Source: a virus (Duplodnaviria > Caudoviricetes). Taken from it: 64,000 nt of DNA. The notes under the pieces are model-generated. The model ran no database searches. It had not been told where the DNA came from and saw only the letters and a list, made by a program, of their open reading frames with translations. Position 1 is the stretch's first letter. Every line of letters begins with the position of its first letter. Shown one piece after another: positions 26,401-35,211 of this stretch. Made by a program: the position numbers and the translations under genes. The DNA is taken from the IMG/VR virus record IMGVR_UViG_3300006127_000012, positions 1,225 through 65,224 of that record. The stretch is one strand, 5' to 3'.

Positions 26401-26803
26401 GAGCCAAATCCACCATCTTAATTACTTGCTTGTGAAGCTCATTACCCTGAGCGAAATGCGGATCGGGAATCTTATGAACACCGATGATACTACCAAGACG
26501 CTTTGCTTTGTCGAAAACTTCTTTTCCGAACTTGTCTTCCAGCTTGCGCTCGTTACTATCGTCCATGTAGAAAATGACATCAGCCCAGTCAACCAACTCT
26601 TGGCTGATAGGAGTTGAGCGAAGTTCTCCGGGATATCCCATTTCAACCAACGCTTCGCGCATCTTCTTGGCAGTTCTTTCGTTGCCCTTTGTATCTTTCA
26701 GGGCAGCACTCTTAACTTCCCAGTCAGGCTTCTTCGCTTTGAGAATAATTTCTCCAGCTGCACTACGATTGATATTGCCATGACAGACAAAGAGAACCTT
26801 CAT
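26381..26803 (-). CDS. Low-molecular-weight phosphatase (LMW-PTP/ArsC fold)
   Basis: VLFVCHGNINRS (CX5R) and IPDP motifs. Confidence 0.9.
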   Translation of the reverse strand: MKVLFVCHGNINRSAAGEIILKAKKPDWEVKSAALKDTKGNERTAKKMREALVEMGYPGELRSTPISQELVDWADVIFYMDDSNERKLEDKFGKEVFDKAKRLGSIIGVHKIPDPHFAQGNELHKQVIKMVDLALDKHFP

Positions 26804-27771
26804 AGCGTCTTGATCACTTCATAGACCTGAGCAGCCGTGACATTCTTAATGTCGTCAATATCAATATGCTTTCTGATATTAGCCAGACGTTCCTTAACTT
26901 CCTTGCGGCTGTTCGTGTCGAAGTTAGTATACTGATAGACCTGCTCGGTCTTGTAGTCATAAGTCTGGAAGTCAGGGAAAGCGAAATCGTTAGCCCAATA
27001 GATATCCCGAGGACTGACATCTTCCTGATTCAAAGCAGCATCCATGAATAGCTGACACCAGCGGATAGCTGATTCCATTTCAACCATATTCAGAGTGCCA
27101 GGGAAATGACGAAACTCGATGGTGTTGGTTTCTTCAAACATCTGGCGGAGATTAATGCCAGCGCGAGGAGAGAAATACCACATGCGACCCTTCTCAGTCT
27201 TTGGCGCATGTTCTTCGTAGAATTCCTGAGTAGTGGTAGCAGCAAGCATCGCAGCAACTCGCGACTCAGGCAGCTTATACTGGTGAGACTTCTTACGACG
27301 CTTCATTCGCTTCAAAGCACCCTGATATTCATCCTCAGTCATGCTGCCTTTGGTCGGAACAGGAATTGTCTCAACAATGTCGAACGCTTCTTCTTGATAG
27401 CGATCAATGTAGCGAAGCAGCTTCTTACAGGATTCAAGATCATCCTTCAGCCCAGGAACACGAATATGAATATGAAGGTTGCTTCGATAATTCACCAGAG
27501 CAGCAGGATCAAGAGCAGCATTAATTTCGGAGATATGATCAATCTGCTCCTGGATTGTATAGGTTGGCTTCGTGTTAATTTCGCCACCGTATGCATATAG
27601 CTCACCAACAGGATCGTTTGCAATGCCTGTGCTACTTACGCAGGTATTATCCTTATCGTTCCACTGAGCGCCAGCAGGCAGAGCACCAAAACGATAACAA
27701 TTACCGTATTCAAGCTCTACGCCATAAGACCAGTCATCAATTGAAAAATTCTTCAAGGTCGCCTCCTGCAT
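26800..27771 (-). CDS. Putative amidoligase (COOH-NH2 ligase type)
   Basis: YGVELEYG, GGEINT, SNLHIHI, RAGINL, TIEFRHFPGT. Confidence 0.8.
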   Translation of the reverse strand: MQEATLKNFSIDDWSYGVELEYGNCYRFGALPAGAQWNDKDNTCVSSTGIANDPVGELYAYGGEINTKPTYTIQEQIDHISEINAALDPAALVNYRSNLHIHIRVPGLKDDLESCKKLLRYIDRYQEEAFDIVETIPVPTKGSMTEDEYQGALKRMKRRKKSHQYKLPESRVAAMLAATTTQEFYEEHAPKTEKGRMWYFSPRAGINLRQMFEETNTIEFRHFPGTLNMVEMESAIRWCQLFMDAALNQEDVSPRDIYWANDFAFPDFQTYDYKTEQVYQYTNFDTNSRKEVKERLANIRKHIDIDDIKNVTAAQVYEVIKTL

Positions 27772-28534
27772 TATTCAAAACATTATCTTCATATGCCTTC
27801 TTAAAGGCGATGCGCATCTTCAGCCCAACTTCAAGAGCCTGATTCTTAGCACCAGGAGCTTCACGCAGGGTCACATACTTAGGATGAAGATCGCGCAGAC
27901 GAATCATCGCGTTACGATTCTTTTCGGAAGTGCGAGTTGTCGAGCAACCACCAGGAGCATTGGCTTTCTTTTCAACGGAAATGAATTCACCGCTGTAGTG
28001 AAGACGCTTGCCAGTCTCAAGAACAGAAAGTGGAATATGGAAATCCTCAAACAATTCCATATCGTCAAACCGAATATTATGCCGAGCCATGTAATCACGA
28101 TTCAGAAACGGAGCAGCACTTGGCTTGCCGTAGAAATATTCTTCCGGTCGTTCAAAAGAACGGAAAGCATTAGAAAGACTGCAGAATACGTCGCCTTCCT
28201 GGAGCCACTTCTCCATAAGGTCGAGGAATTCTCCACAGTCTGCCAGCTTATGATTCTTTGTCTTGACTACAGGGTCACGCTTGAAAAACGAAAGGTCGTC
28301 GTCAAGCTGACCGACCAGAGGACTAGTCGATTGTTCGATAATCCACTGACGAGTTTTGCCAATATTACCGATGCACCATTCAGGAACATCCACACGATTT
28401 GGCCAGTCGTGCTGTTCGTCTTTCGGACAAACAAGAAATACTCGATCCTTCCAGCGATCAGGGATCGAGTTAAGCGTATACTGCTTGCCTTCGCGCTTGA
28501 GCGTAGGAATATAAACCATCAGGTTGGAGGTCAT
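27737..28534 (-). CDS. GT-A fold glycosyltransferase (TET-associated/GREB1-like)
   Basis: VYIPTLKR, IGKTRQWI, QLDDDL (DxD), FEDFH..L, GGCS motifs. Confidence 0.75.
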   Translation of the reverse strand: MTSNLMVYIPTLKREGKQYTLNSIPDRWKDRVFLVCPKDEQHDWPNRVDVPEWCIGNIGKTRQWIIEQSTSPLVGQLDDDLSFFKRDPVVKTKNHKLADCGEFLDLMEKWLQEGDVFCSLSNAFRSFERPEEYFYGKPSAAPFLNRDYMARHNIRFDDMELFEDFHIPLSVLETGKRLHYSGEFISVEKKANAPGGCSTTRTSEKNRNAMIRLRDLHPKYVTLREAPGAKNQALEVGLKMRIAFKKAYEDNVLNNAGGDLEEFFN

Positions 28535-29201
28535 TTACTGTCACTTTCTCTTCACGGATGAGATTTATTTCATCATCAATTGTATATACAACCCCAGCAA
28601 TCGCTGGTTCGATTGAAAATGGATATTGTGTTCGAACAAGAACATCCTTCGTAGAACTCAATATAACTCCGTTATGTAAATAAGTAAAGCATAAAGGTCG
28701 CTTTCCGTTGCGATAGAATTTCATCTTCTTAGAAGAATGAAGCTCAATAGCAGAAATGGATGCATCTGGCCAAGACTCAAAGGCAGACTTGTTTTCTTTG
28801 ACCGTATGGAAAAGAAGTTCGCTATCGTTTTTAGTTTCGCATTTATAGCCATAAAGCTGCTGCCACGATTCAGGCAGCTCTTGACTAATCACACCGTTAT
28901 GAACCAAGCTCATATCTTCGTCAGAAAATGGCTGGTTATATTCAAGGTCACTGGTGCTATAACGACAATGACCAACCATGTAGAAATTGCCATCCTCGTT
29001 GATCATCGAAGAAAAATCAAGAGGAGCCAAAAACTCATCGGCTGGCTTTGGTTCTTTTAGAGTATGGATTTTGCCATCCTTAAGATACGACAACCCTGTA
29101 GCATGCATTCCGCGAATACGAGACTCGCGGAACACAGCTTTAACAAGTTCTAGATCTTCAATGGATGGAGACTTTATAATTGCCCCAATCACACCACACA
29201 T
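28470..29201 (-). CDS. Class II glutamine amidotransferase (Ntn hydrolase)
   Basis: N-terminal MCGVIG, GHCRYSTS, HNG, NDSE. Confidence 0.9.
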   Translation of the reverse strand: MCGVIGAIIKSPSIEDLELVKAVFRESRIRGMHATGLSYLKDGKIHTLKEPKPADEFLAPLDFSSMINEDGNFYMVGHCRYSTSDLEYNQPFSDEDMSLVHNGVISQELPESWQQLYGYKCETKNDSELLFHTVKENKSAFESWPDASISAIELHSSKKMKFYRNGKRPLCFTYLHNGVILSSTKDVLVRTQYPFSIEPAIAGVVYTIDDEINLIREEKVTVNDLQPDGLYSYAQARRQAVYA

Positions 29202-30580
29202 CAGAAGAATGCCTCCAGAGCGGATGGTTCTTGATATGCGCTAGGATGATATTTCTTAACGACTTCCTTACCTAGCTTGGCTTCAAGGTAGTCATACCAT
29301 TCCTGTTCTTCCCACATTCCAGGAGACACACCGTTCCAAAGATTACGCTGAAGGCGATGGTCTTTATTGTGGCGGCGATCTTCTACAAACTGGCGACGAG
29401 CTTCTTCATATTCATATGAACCAAGCTCAAGCATCTTTTCGCGGAAGTAACAAACCAGCGAAATACGTTCATTGGTCGGGTCGTCAGGATTGTTTAGAAC
29501 GATAGGAGTATTGCCGTGGATAATTTCGTGGTTATTAACCAGAAGCAAATCGCCAGGACGAACGTTCACAGCTACGCGCAGCTCAGGAAATACCAGATAA
29601 CCGCCAGTGTATTCACCAGTTCCGACAACCAGAAGATTGCTAAGACCATCGTTCAAATCACCAGCATCGCGATGAGCTGCAGTCCGGAAAGACTTATTCA
29701 CAGTAATGGTAGTGAATACAGTTTCAGGAACAAGATAACGCGAATCTAGCTTATCAGCCGCAGCCTTTTGATTAGACCAGCGCCAAGGCAGAAGTTCCTT
29801 GAATCCGCGATTTAGAGACTGAAGGAAAGGATATGCCTTCTCAAACTTCTTAGGATACTTTTCGGTGTAGGCAGTTGCGCGACCGTAAGGAATACGAGGA
29901 TAGCGGTCATACCAGCCAGCAACGCCAGAGAAAACCGACTTGGCATAGTTAGTCACGCTGATCCAATTATCGTGGACATGCTTAGCAGCCTTGATCTGTT
30001 CATCTTCAGTCAGCTTTTCAACCATAGCAACCCACTTGTCGAACCAGCCATGGTACTGCGGATATACAGCCTCAACCTGACTGCGAAGCCAGACACGACC
30101 ACGAGTTTCGTCTGAAGGAGGATTGTTACCATGACGACGACGAATATCAGCCAAAGTTTCGTCATCAATAAGAGCTTCGCGAGGACGCATCAGCCAGCTG
30201 AGAACATCAGTCTCATAATCAGTCACCCAGTCACGACCCTGCCGACCTTCAGTCGACAACATATCGCCACGAGGACCAGCAGCCATGCCACGATTCTGGC
30301 TTTCGGAAGCAGCTTCCCTCAGCCCGACATAGGCTTGCTCTTGTTCTTCTTTAGTGAAGAAGTTTTTACGGAATTTGAAAGCAATTCGCTTTTCGTCTGG
30401 ACCAATATCACAATTGGAGCAGTCAATTTCACACATAGCCTTTTGAGTGATATCACAGTCGGCAGGAAGATAGCCATCGCAGTCTTCGTTGATTACAATA
30501 TCATAATGGCTTTCGTCTAGAAATTGACCCAGTAGATGTTCACAGTCATGTTTTTCTTCAGCAACAATGATCTTAACCAT
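29201..30580 (-). CDS. TET/JBP-like 2-oxoglutarate/Fe(II) dioxygenase
   Basis: FTTITVNKSFRTAAHRDAGD (HxD), GGYLVFP, HGNTPI, RISLVCYFRE. Confidence 0.88.
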   Translation of the reverse strand: MVKIIVAEEKHDCEHLLGQFLDESHYDIVINEDCDGYLPADCDITQKAMCEIDCSNCDIGPDEKRIAFKFRKNFFTKEEQEQAYVGLREAASESQNRGMAAGPRGDMLSTEGRQGRDWVTDYETDVLSWLMRPREALIDDETLADIRRRHGNNPPSDETRGRVWLRSQVEAVYPQYHGWFDKWVAMVEKLTEDEQIKAAKHVHDNWISVTNYAKSVFSGVAGWYDRYPRIPYGRATAYTEKYPKKFEKAYPFLQSLNRGFKELLPWRWSNQKAAADKLDSRYLVPETVFTTITVNKSFRTAAHRDAGDLNDGLSNLLVVGTGEYTGGYLVFPELRVAVNVRPGDLLLVNNHEIIHGNTPIVLNNPDDPTNERISLVCYFREKMLELGSYEYEEARRQFVEDRRHNKDHRLQRNLWNGVSPGMWEEQEWYDYLEAKLGKEVVKKYHPSAYQEPSALEAFF

Positions 30581-30612
30581 GCTCGTATCCTTCGCTTTGA
30601 TTCATATTATAT

Positions 30613-30641
30613 AGATAACCTGATTTGGATATTAAGTAAAG
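30613..30641 (-). promoter_or_regulatory. CTTTAC-N17-TTATCT promoter heading the modification operon
   Basis: GCTTTACTTAATATCCAAATCAGGTTATCT; shares the GCTTTACTT and TCAGG elements. Confidence 0.6.
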
Positions 30642-30647
30642 CAGTAA

Positions 30648-31055
30648 TTAGTATTTCTTGCTACCAATACTATACTTTGCTACACAATTCCATTGAGCCT
30701 TGTTCTTGAATGGAATGATTTTAATGTGGGAAACAGGAACCACAGGGTCTTTGGTCTTGTCCGATAAGATCTTAATTAGATCCCATTCTTCAAGTAGATT
30801 GGCGATAGTATTACGTCTAGCCATATCGTTTTCAGAAAAATCAGTGTTCTTCTTGCCATCAAGGAGAAAGAGTTCCTTAAAGTGCATGATGTAGTACTTG
30901 CCTTGCTTGTGCAAAATGTGACATGACTGATACAGCGTATTATCCTTCTTGGAAGCAACACCGATACGAGTCAAAGTCTCTTTAACAAGCAAAAAGTTAT
31001 CAGGATTTACTAACGAAATTTCAATCAGATCTTCAATCATACTACTATCCACCAA
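30648..31055 (-). CDS. regA: Translational repressor
   Basis: DNFLLVKETLTRIGVAS...LYQSCHILHKQGKYYIMHFKELF.LDG. Confidence 0.97.
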   Translation of the reverse strand: MVDSSMIEDLIEISLVNPDNFLLVKETLTRIGVASKKDNTLYQSCHILHKQGKYYIMHFKELFLLDGKKNTDFSENDMARRNTIANLLEEWDLIKILSDKTKDPVVPVSHIKIIPFKNKAQWNCVAKYSIGSKKY

Positions 31056-31434
31056 TTTTTATTTTTTCTTTTATGGCGGCGATTTGGTCAGCAGACAAAA
31101 CATTTAACGCTTCTTCAGCTCGACGCAGACTATACTTGAAATAAGCAGCCACCGCCTGAGCATCTTCAGAAACAACTTTCTTTGCCTGCTTTCTGAATCG
31201 CTTCCTTTTATTTATTGAATTCAAAAAGTAGTCAAATTGCATCTGAGCAGGAAGATCGTAATACTTATTCATTTCATTAGCATACAAGATACTATCCTCA
31301 AAATAGGACAGAGTCTTGTTAGTAATCCATGCGTTGTATCCCTTAATTTCTATTTCTGGGTTTGGCGAATTCCTAACGATGTCAACCTTTTCGTGGCTGA
31401 CAGCGTTAGTAAAGTCAAAGGGAGACCTGCTCAT
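31045..31434 (-). CDS. gp62: Clamp loader small subunit
   Basis: ANEMN...QMQFDYFLNSI.KRKRF; located between gp44 and regA. Confidence 0.9.
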   Translation of the reverse strand: MSRSPFDFTNAVSHEKVDIVRNSPNPEIEIKGYNAWITNKTLSYFEDSILYANEMNKYYDLPAQMQFDYFLNSINKRKRFRKQAKKVVSEDAQAVAAYFKYSLRRAEEALNVLSADQIAAIKEKIKIGG

Positions 31435-32369
31435 TTGAAAGAACAGTTCACCATGATTTCAAGGAACGCAGCTGCCATATTGATTTCTTGGTTAGCCACG
31501 AATGCTGCCTGATGCTGATATCGAGCAAGAATAAGAATCAAATCTGGAATGCTGTTCGCCTCGATAAGATCATAGGCGTAGTCATAGAGATTTTTGAAAA
31601 GAACATCAGTGTCGACATCAGAGTTTTCGCCAACCCAACGGCGAACCGCAGGAAAATCCTTGCTCTTCAGGAAGCCAACGAGAGTCTTGAACGATTCCTG
31701 AGAGAAGTTAACAAGAATACCTTCATCAATCTTGCCAGTTACCGAATAACGCTGAATTTCGTTAAGAACACGACGCCAGTCAGGATAGTATTGAGTGATA
31801 ACTGCTGCAATCACTTTCTTATCGTATTGAATACCTTCAATATCAAGAATATTACATGCACGCTTAAGGAACTGAGCCGCCAAACTAGGAAGATCAGCCT
31901 TCTTAATCTTAAAATCAATAACAGAACAACGAGAATGCAGAGGGGAGATGATTCTTTTTGCAAAATTACAGGTCATAATAAACCCACAATTTGTGGAATA
32001 TTCTTCCATGAAATTACGAAGACCTGGTTGCACATGATTCGCGTCCAGATAATCAGCCTCATCAAGAATAATATATTTTCGACCACCAGTAAAACTGACC
32101 GCAGACGCATAACTAGCCAGAGCGTTACGAAGAGTTCCTTTGTCGGCGTTCAAAGAACCATTGATTACGATATAATCACAACCAAGCTCTTCAAGCATAG
32201 CTTTAGCGATTGTAGTTTTACCGCAACCTGCTGAGCCAGAAAGCAGTAGGTTTGGGACATTCTTCTGATTCACAAACTCTTGGAATGTTTTCTTGAGTTG
32301 ATCAGGAAGGATACAAGTCTCAACGGTCTTAGGGCGATACTTCTCGACCCAAAGAAAATCTTCACTCAT
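31431..32369 (-). CDS. gp44: Clamp loader large subunit
   Basis: LWVEKYRP, GSAGCGKTT, ILDEAD, SRC. Start moved to ATG 32369 (GGAG RBS). Confidence 0.97.
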   Translation of the reverse strand: MSEDFLWVEKYRPKTVETCILPDQLKKTFQEFVNQKNVPNLLLSGSAGCGKTTIAKAMLEELGCDYIVINGSLNADKGTLRNALASYASAVSFTGGRKYIILDEADYLDANHVQPGLRNFMEEYSTNCGFIMTCNFAKRIISPLHSRCSVIDFKIKKADLPSLAAQFLKRACNILDIEGIQYDKKVIAAVITQYYPDWRRVLNEIQRYSVTGKIDEGILVNFSQESFKTLVGFLKSKDFPAVRRWVGENSDVDTDVLFKNLYDYAYDLIEANSIPDLILILARYQHQAAFVANQEINMAAAFLEIMVNCSFK

Positions 32370-32391
32370 AATATATTCTCCATAATATAAT

Positions 32392-32442
32392 AAAAAAGAC
32401 TGGTATCGCGGTCGCAAAACACCTTCACGACCGCGATACCAG
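32392..32442 (-). terminator. 15-bp stem with a U-tract between gp45 and gp44
   Basis: ctggtatcgcggtcg/cgaccgcgataccag (32400-32442), 13-nt loop, followed on the minus strand by TCTTTTTT. Confidence 0.7.
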
Positions 32443-32452
32443 CCGAATCAAA

Positions 32453-33112
32453 TCAAGCGAAAGTCGAATTGCTTTCAGTTGCAATCCAGTAGGTGCTGTT
32501 TTCGCTAGTAAAGCGCGAGATCTTCTTGCTCGACACTTCAACCTTATACTTGGTCGAAACGAGCTTCGAGAGATACTCAGGCTTGAACACGACAGTGAAC
32601 GTATGATCCGAATCACCAATGGCGATATTGAATTCATCCGACCCGACATCCTTGCTGTTCACAGCACGGACATAGAGCTTGCCGTCTTCACCAACAATCG
32701 CAATTTCAGGCAGCTGGAGAATACCAGTCGCCTTCAGTACGGTGCCAAGAGCTTCGGGTGAAAGTTCAAAGGTCACTTCAGGCTCAGGAAAGTTAAGTTC
32801 CTTAGCAGGGGCAGCAACGAAAAGATTTTCGTCACAGAACCGATAAACAACCTTCTTATCGCCACCCTTGATCACGAGATCGCTAGAACGAATCTCAATT
32901 TCAGGGGCATCAAACAGCGAAAGGATGCCAAGGAAACGCGAAAGATCATAGATCGAAAATCCGCTTTCAAAGGTATCTTCGATCGTCGCCTTGGCGAGCA
33001 GAGTCTTAAGAGGCGAGATCGTCGCCAGAGTATTTCCGGGAGTAATCTTAATACTCGGATTAATCTGAGAAAAGCTCTTAAGAACTGCAATGGTACCGTC
33101 ACTCAACTTCAT
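32453..33112 (-). CDS. gp45: Sliding clamp
   Basis: MKLSDGTIAVLKSFSQINPSI, IYDLSRFL, YWIATE. Confidence 0.95.
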   Translation of the reverse strand: MKLSDGTIAVLKSFSQINPSIKITPGNTLATISPLKTLLAKATIEDTFESGFSIYDLSRFLGILSLFDAPEIEIRSSDLVIKGGDKKVVYRFCDENLFVAAPAKELNFPEPEVTFELSPEALGTVLKATGILQLPEIAIVGEDGKLYVRAVNSKDVGSDEFNIAIGDSDHTFTVVFKPEYLSKLVSTKYKVEVSSKKISRFTSENSTYWIATESNSTFA

Positions 33113-33158
33113 AATATTCTCCATTCTTTAAGGTATCAGTCATTATTCGACTATTATC

Positions 33159-33188
33159 AGTGTACCCTGTTTTACAAAATAAGTAAAG
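33159..33188 (-). promoter_or_regulatory. CTTTAC-N18-TACACT promoter upstream of gp45
   Basis: GCTTTACTTATTTTGTAAAACAGGGTACACT. Confidence 0.55.
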
Positions 33189-33192
33189 CAAA

Positions 33193-34155
33193 TTATGCCT
33201 TCTTACCCAACTTAGATGGATCAGCCGTAGCACTGACGCCGATCGAAGCAATGTCAGCCAGCGAACCACCGAACGTATACGAACCAGTGTGAGCCAGCTT
33301 AATCCAAGGAGCCAACCAGACCTTCAGACCAATTCGACGCGACCACTGACAGAACATGTAATCTTCTGACAGGTAACGATTCGAGTATTCAAATCCGAAT
33401 GCGCTATTCTTGGTGTCGTCAACGAAAGCGATGATTTCATCAGGAGTTGCCGTAGGATTCAGGCGAAGGAACTCACGCATTTCCTTACGGATCTGGGCAT
33501 GCTTATTGTCGATCAGAGCATCGAAGTAAGCAAGGATTTCGCGCGAACCGTCGAACGCAGCAGTGCGCACGTGGTCAGGCTTGTAGTGATATTCAGGATA
33601 TGCATCGCGGAACTTTTCAAGAGCCGAACGACGAATCATCATGAAGCCAGTGCCCGACTCGAGAACTTCTTCAGGCTGATCGAGACGAATCTGACCCGAA
33701 CCGTTGGCAGGGTTAAACACATAGTCACCAACGAACTTCTCAAGAACATTAGGATCATTGTCGGCAACACCAAGGTCACAAGCAGCCTTGATCTTTTCCC
33801 AGCTGATGCACTTCTTAGGATATGGCGCACAAAGAACGTCATATTCAGAATCTTCGCTCATCAGAGCCAGCATCGCGATGACATCATTAGCATCGAACGT
33901 AATGTCCGAGTCAATGAACAGCATGTGGCTGCAATCAGAACGAAGGAACTCATCGGCGCAATAGTTGCGCGCACGAGTGATTAGCGATTCGTTGAACAGG
34001 TAATAATACCGAACATTGATTCCGTAATGAGCAGCCATGGCTGTCAAATCATTCGATGCCTTGGCGAAAGAACCGTGGCACATACCGCCATACATTGGGA
34101 CTGCGACTAGAAGCGAACGCTGACGCAGTGAATTGATGTCAACTGAAATTTCCAT
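33193..34155 (-). CDS. GT-A fold glycosyltransferase-like protein
   Basis: VAVPMYGG, ESLITRARN, FIDSDI (DxD), GTGFMMIRR, YLSEDYMFC, HTG. Confidence 0.7.
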   Translation of the reverse strand: MEISVDINSLRQRSLLVAVPMYGGMCHGSFAKASNDLTAMAAHYGINVRYYYLFNESLITRARNYCADEFLRSDCSHMLFIDSDITFDANDVIAMLALMSEDSEYDVLCAPYPKKCISWEKIKAACDLGVADNDPNVLEKFVGDYVFNPANGSGQIRLDQPEEVLESGTGFMMIRRSALEKFRDAYPEYHYKPDHVRTAAFDGSREILAYFDALIDNKHAQIRKEMREFLRLNPTATPDEIIAFVDDTKNSAFGFEYSNRYLSEDYMFCQWSRRIGLKVWLAPWIKLAHTGSYTFGGSLADIASIGVSATADPSKLGKKA

Positions 34156-34163
34156 ATTTTATA

Positions 34164-34484
34164 TTATCCTTTGTGCTTTAAATCATGAACATACATTGCG
34201 ATGATGGCGTAATGAATTACCTTCATCAAATCTTTACGCCAGTCAGCAGCATTGCCTTTCTGACCATAGCGTTGAGCATACTTGAGAATATTACCAATGG
34301 TAAAGCCTTCTCCATGGCCACCATCAATAATAAACTCTGTTGCTTGATAATTATTTTGGGAGTAGTGTTCACCGTAGGTCTTGTCGATATACTCGGTGAT
34401 TTCTCGAAGGAGCTCGCCTTCGTTATATTTATAGTCGACAAAAGACGTCGCAGTAGGAAGAGTTGTCTTCAGAGGAGATGTCAT
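34164..34484 (-). CDS. DUF3310-like (SaV-like) protein
   Basis: HYS...Q, GF..GNILKYAQRYG.K, DL.K..HY. Confidence 0.65.
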   Translation of the reverse strand: MTSPLKTTLPTATSFVDYKYNEGELLREITEYIDKTYGEHYSQNNYQATEFIIDGGHGEGFTIGNILKYAQRYGQKGNAADWRKDLMKVIHYAIIAMYVHDLKHKG

Positions 34485-34981
34485 AGCTTCACCTTTTTCA
34501 TTTTCTTTTTCAAATACATGTCACGCTTCAGTTTAGAAAGACGATCATACATCGTCTTACCTTCCATGATGTGATCATATTCGTGCTGAAATACACGAGC
34601 AGTCATACCTTCAAATCTGAAGGTCTGAGCATTACCACCGACAAGATTAAATCTCGCCCTGATCCAAATTGGACGCTTCACCTTAACTAGCTGACCAGGA
34701 AAGGAGAGGCAACCTTCTTCAAGTTCAATTGTTTCTTTGGAATATTCGAGAATTCTAGGATTGATCACTAGAATAGGAGGCTCGCTCGCGAGCGCGAAGA
34801 TTTGAAGAGGAACACCGACCTGATTCGCGGCAAGTCCAATTCCATTACTACTTAGCATTGTTTTAATCAGATCATCGGCGAATTCTCGAAGATCGATCTG
34901 AGGTGCGAGGAAATTAAACTTCTCACACGGCTGTTTCAAAATTGGATCATTACTATCAACTAGATTCATCTTTAACTCCAT
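34481..34981 (-). CDS. def: Peptide deformylase
   Basis: GIGLAANQVG, EGCLS, QHEYDH. Confidence 0.95.
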   Translation of the reverse strand: MELKMNLVDSNDPILKQPCEKFNFLAPQIDLREFADDLIKTMLSSNGIGLAANQVGVPLQIFALASEPPILVINPRILEYSKETIELEEGCLSFPGQLVKVKRPIWIRARFNLVGGNAQTFRFEGMTARVFQHEYDHIMEGKTMYDRLSKLKRDMYLKKKMKKVKL

Positions 34982-35159
34982 ATTCCTTCACGAACTCATT
35001 ATGTGCTTTAAGATTTTGTTCAGCGACCCAAGTAAGCGCATTCTTTACGCCTTCTTTATTCAATCGACCATCGATCATAGCAACCAGAATCTCAGCTTCT
35101 TGCTCTGGTAAAATAGGAAACTTCATAAACTTCTGTAGCCATTTCTCAAAGTCGTTCAT
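34956..35159 (-). CDS. Hypothetical protein
   Basis: 67-aa ORF overlapping the def start. Confidence 0.6.
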   Translation of the reverse strand: MNDFEKWLQKFMKFPILPEQEAEILVAMIDGRLNKEGVKNALTWVAEQNLKAHNEFVKEYGVKDESS

Positions 35160-35185
35160 GCTGCAATCCTACTAAAGTCTAATTT

Positions 35186-35193
35186 TATAAATA
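35186..35193 (+). promoter_or_regulatory. Late promoter TATAAATA for the GIY-YIG gene
   Basis: Exact consensus followed by AGGAG and ATG 35212. Confidence 0.8.
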
Positions 35194-35211
35194 TATCAAA
35201 GGAGTTTTTAA

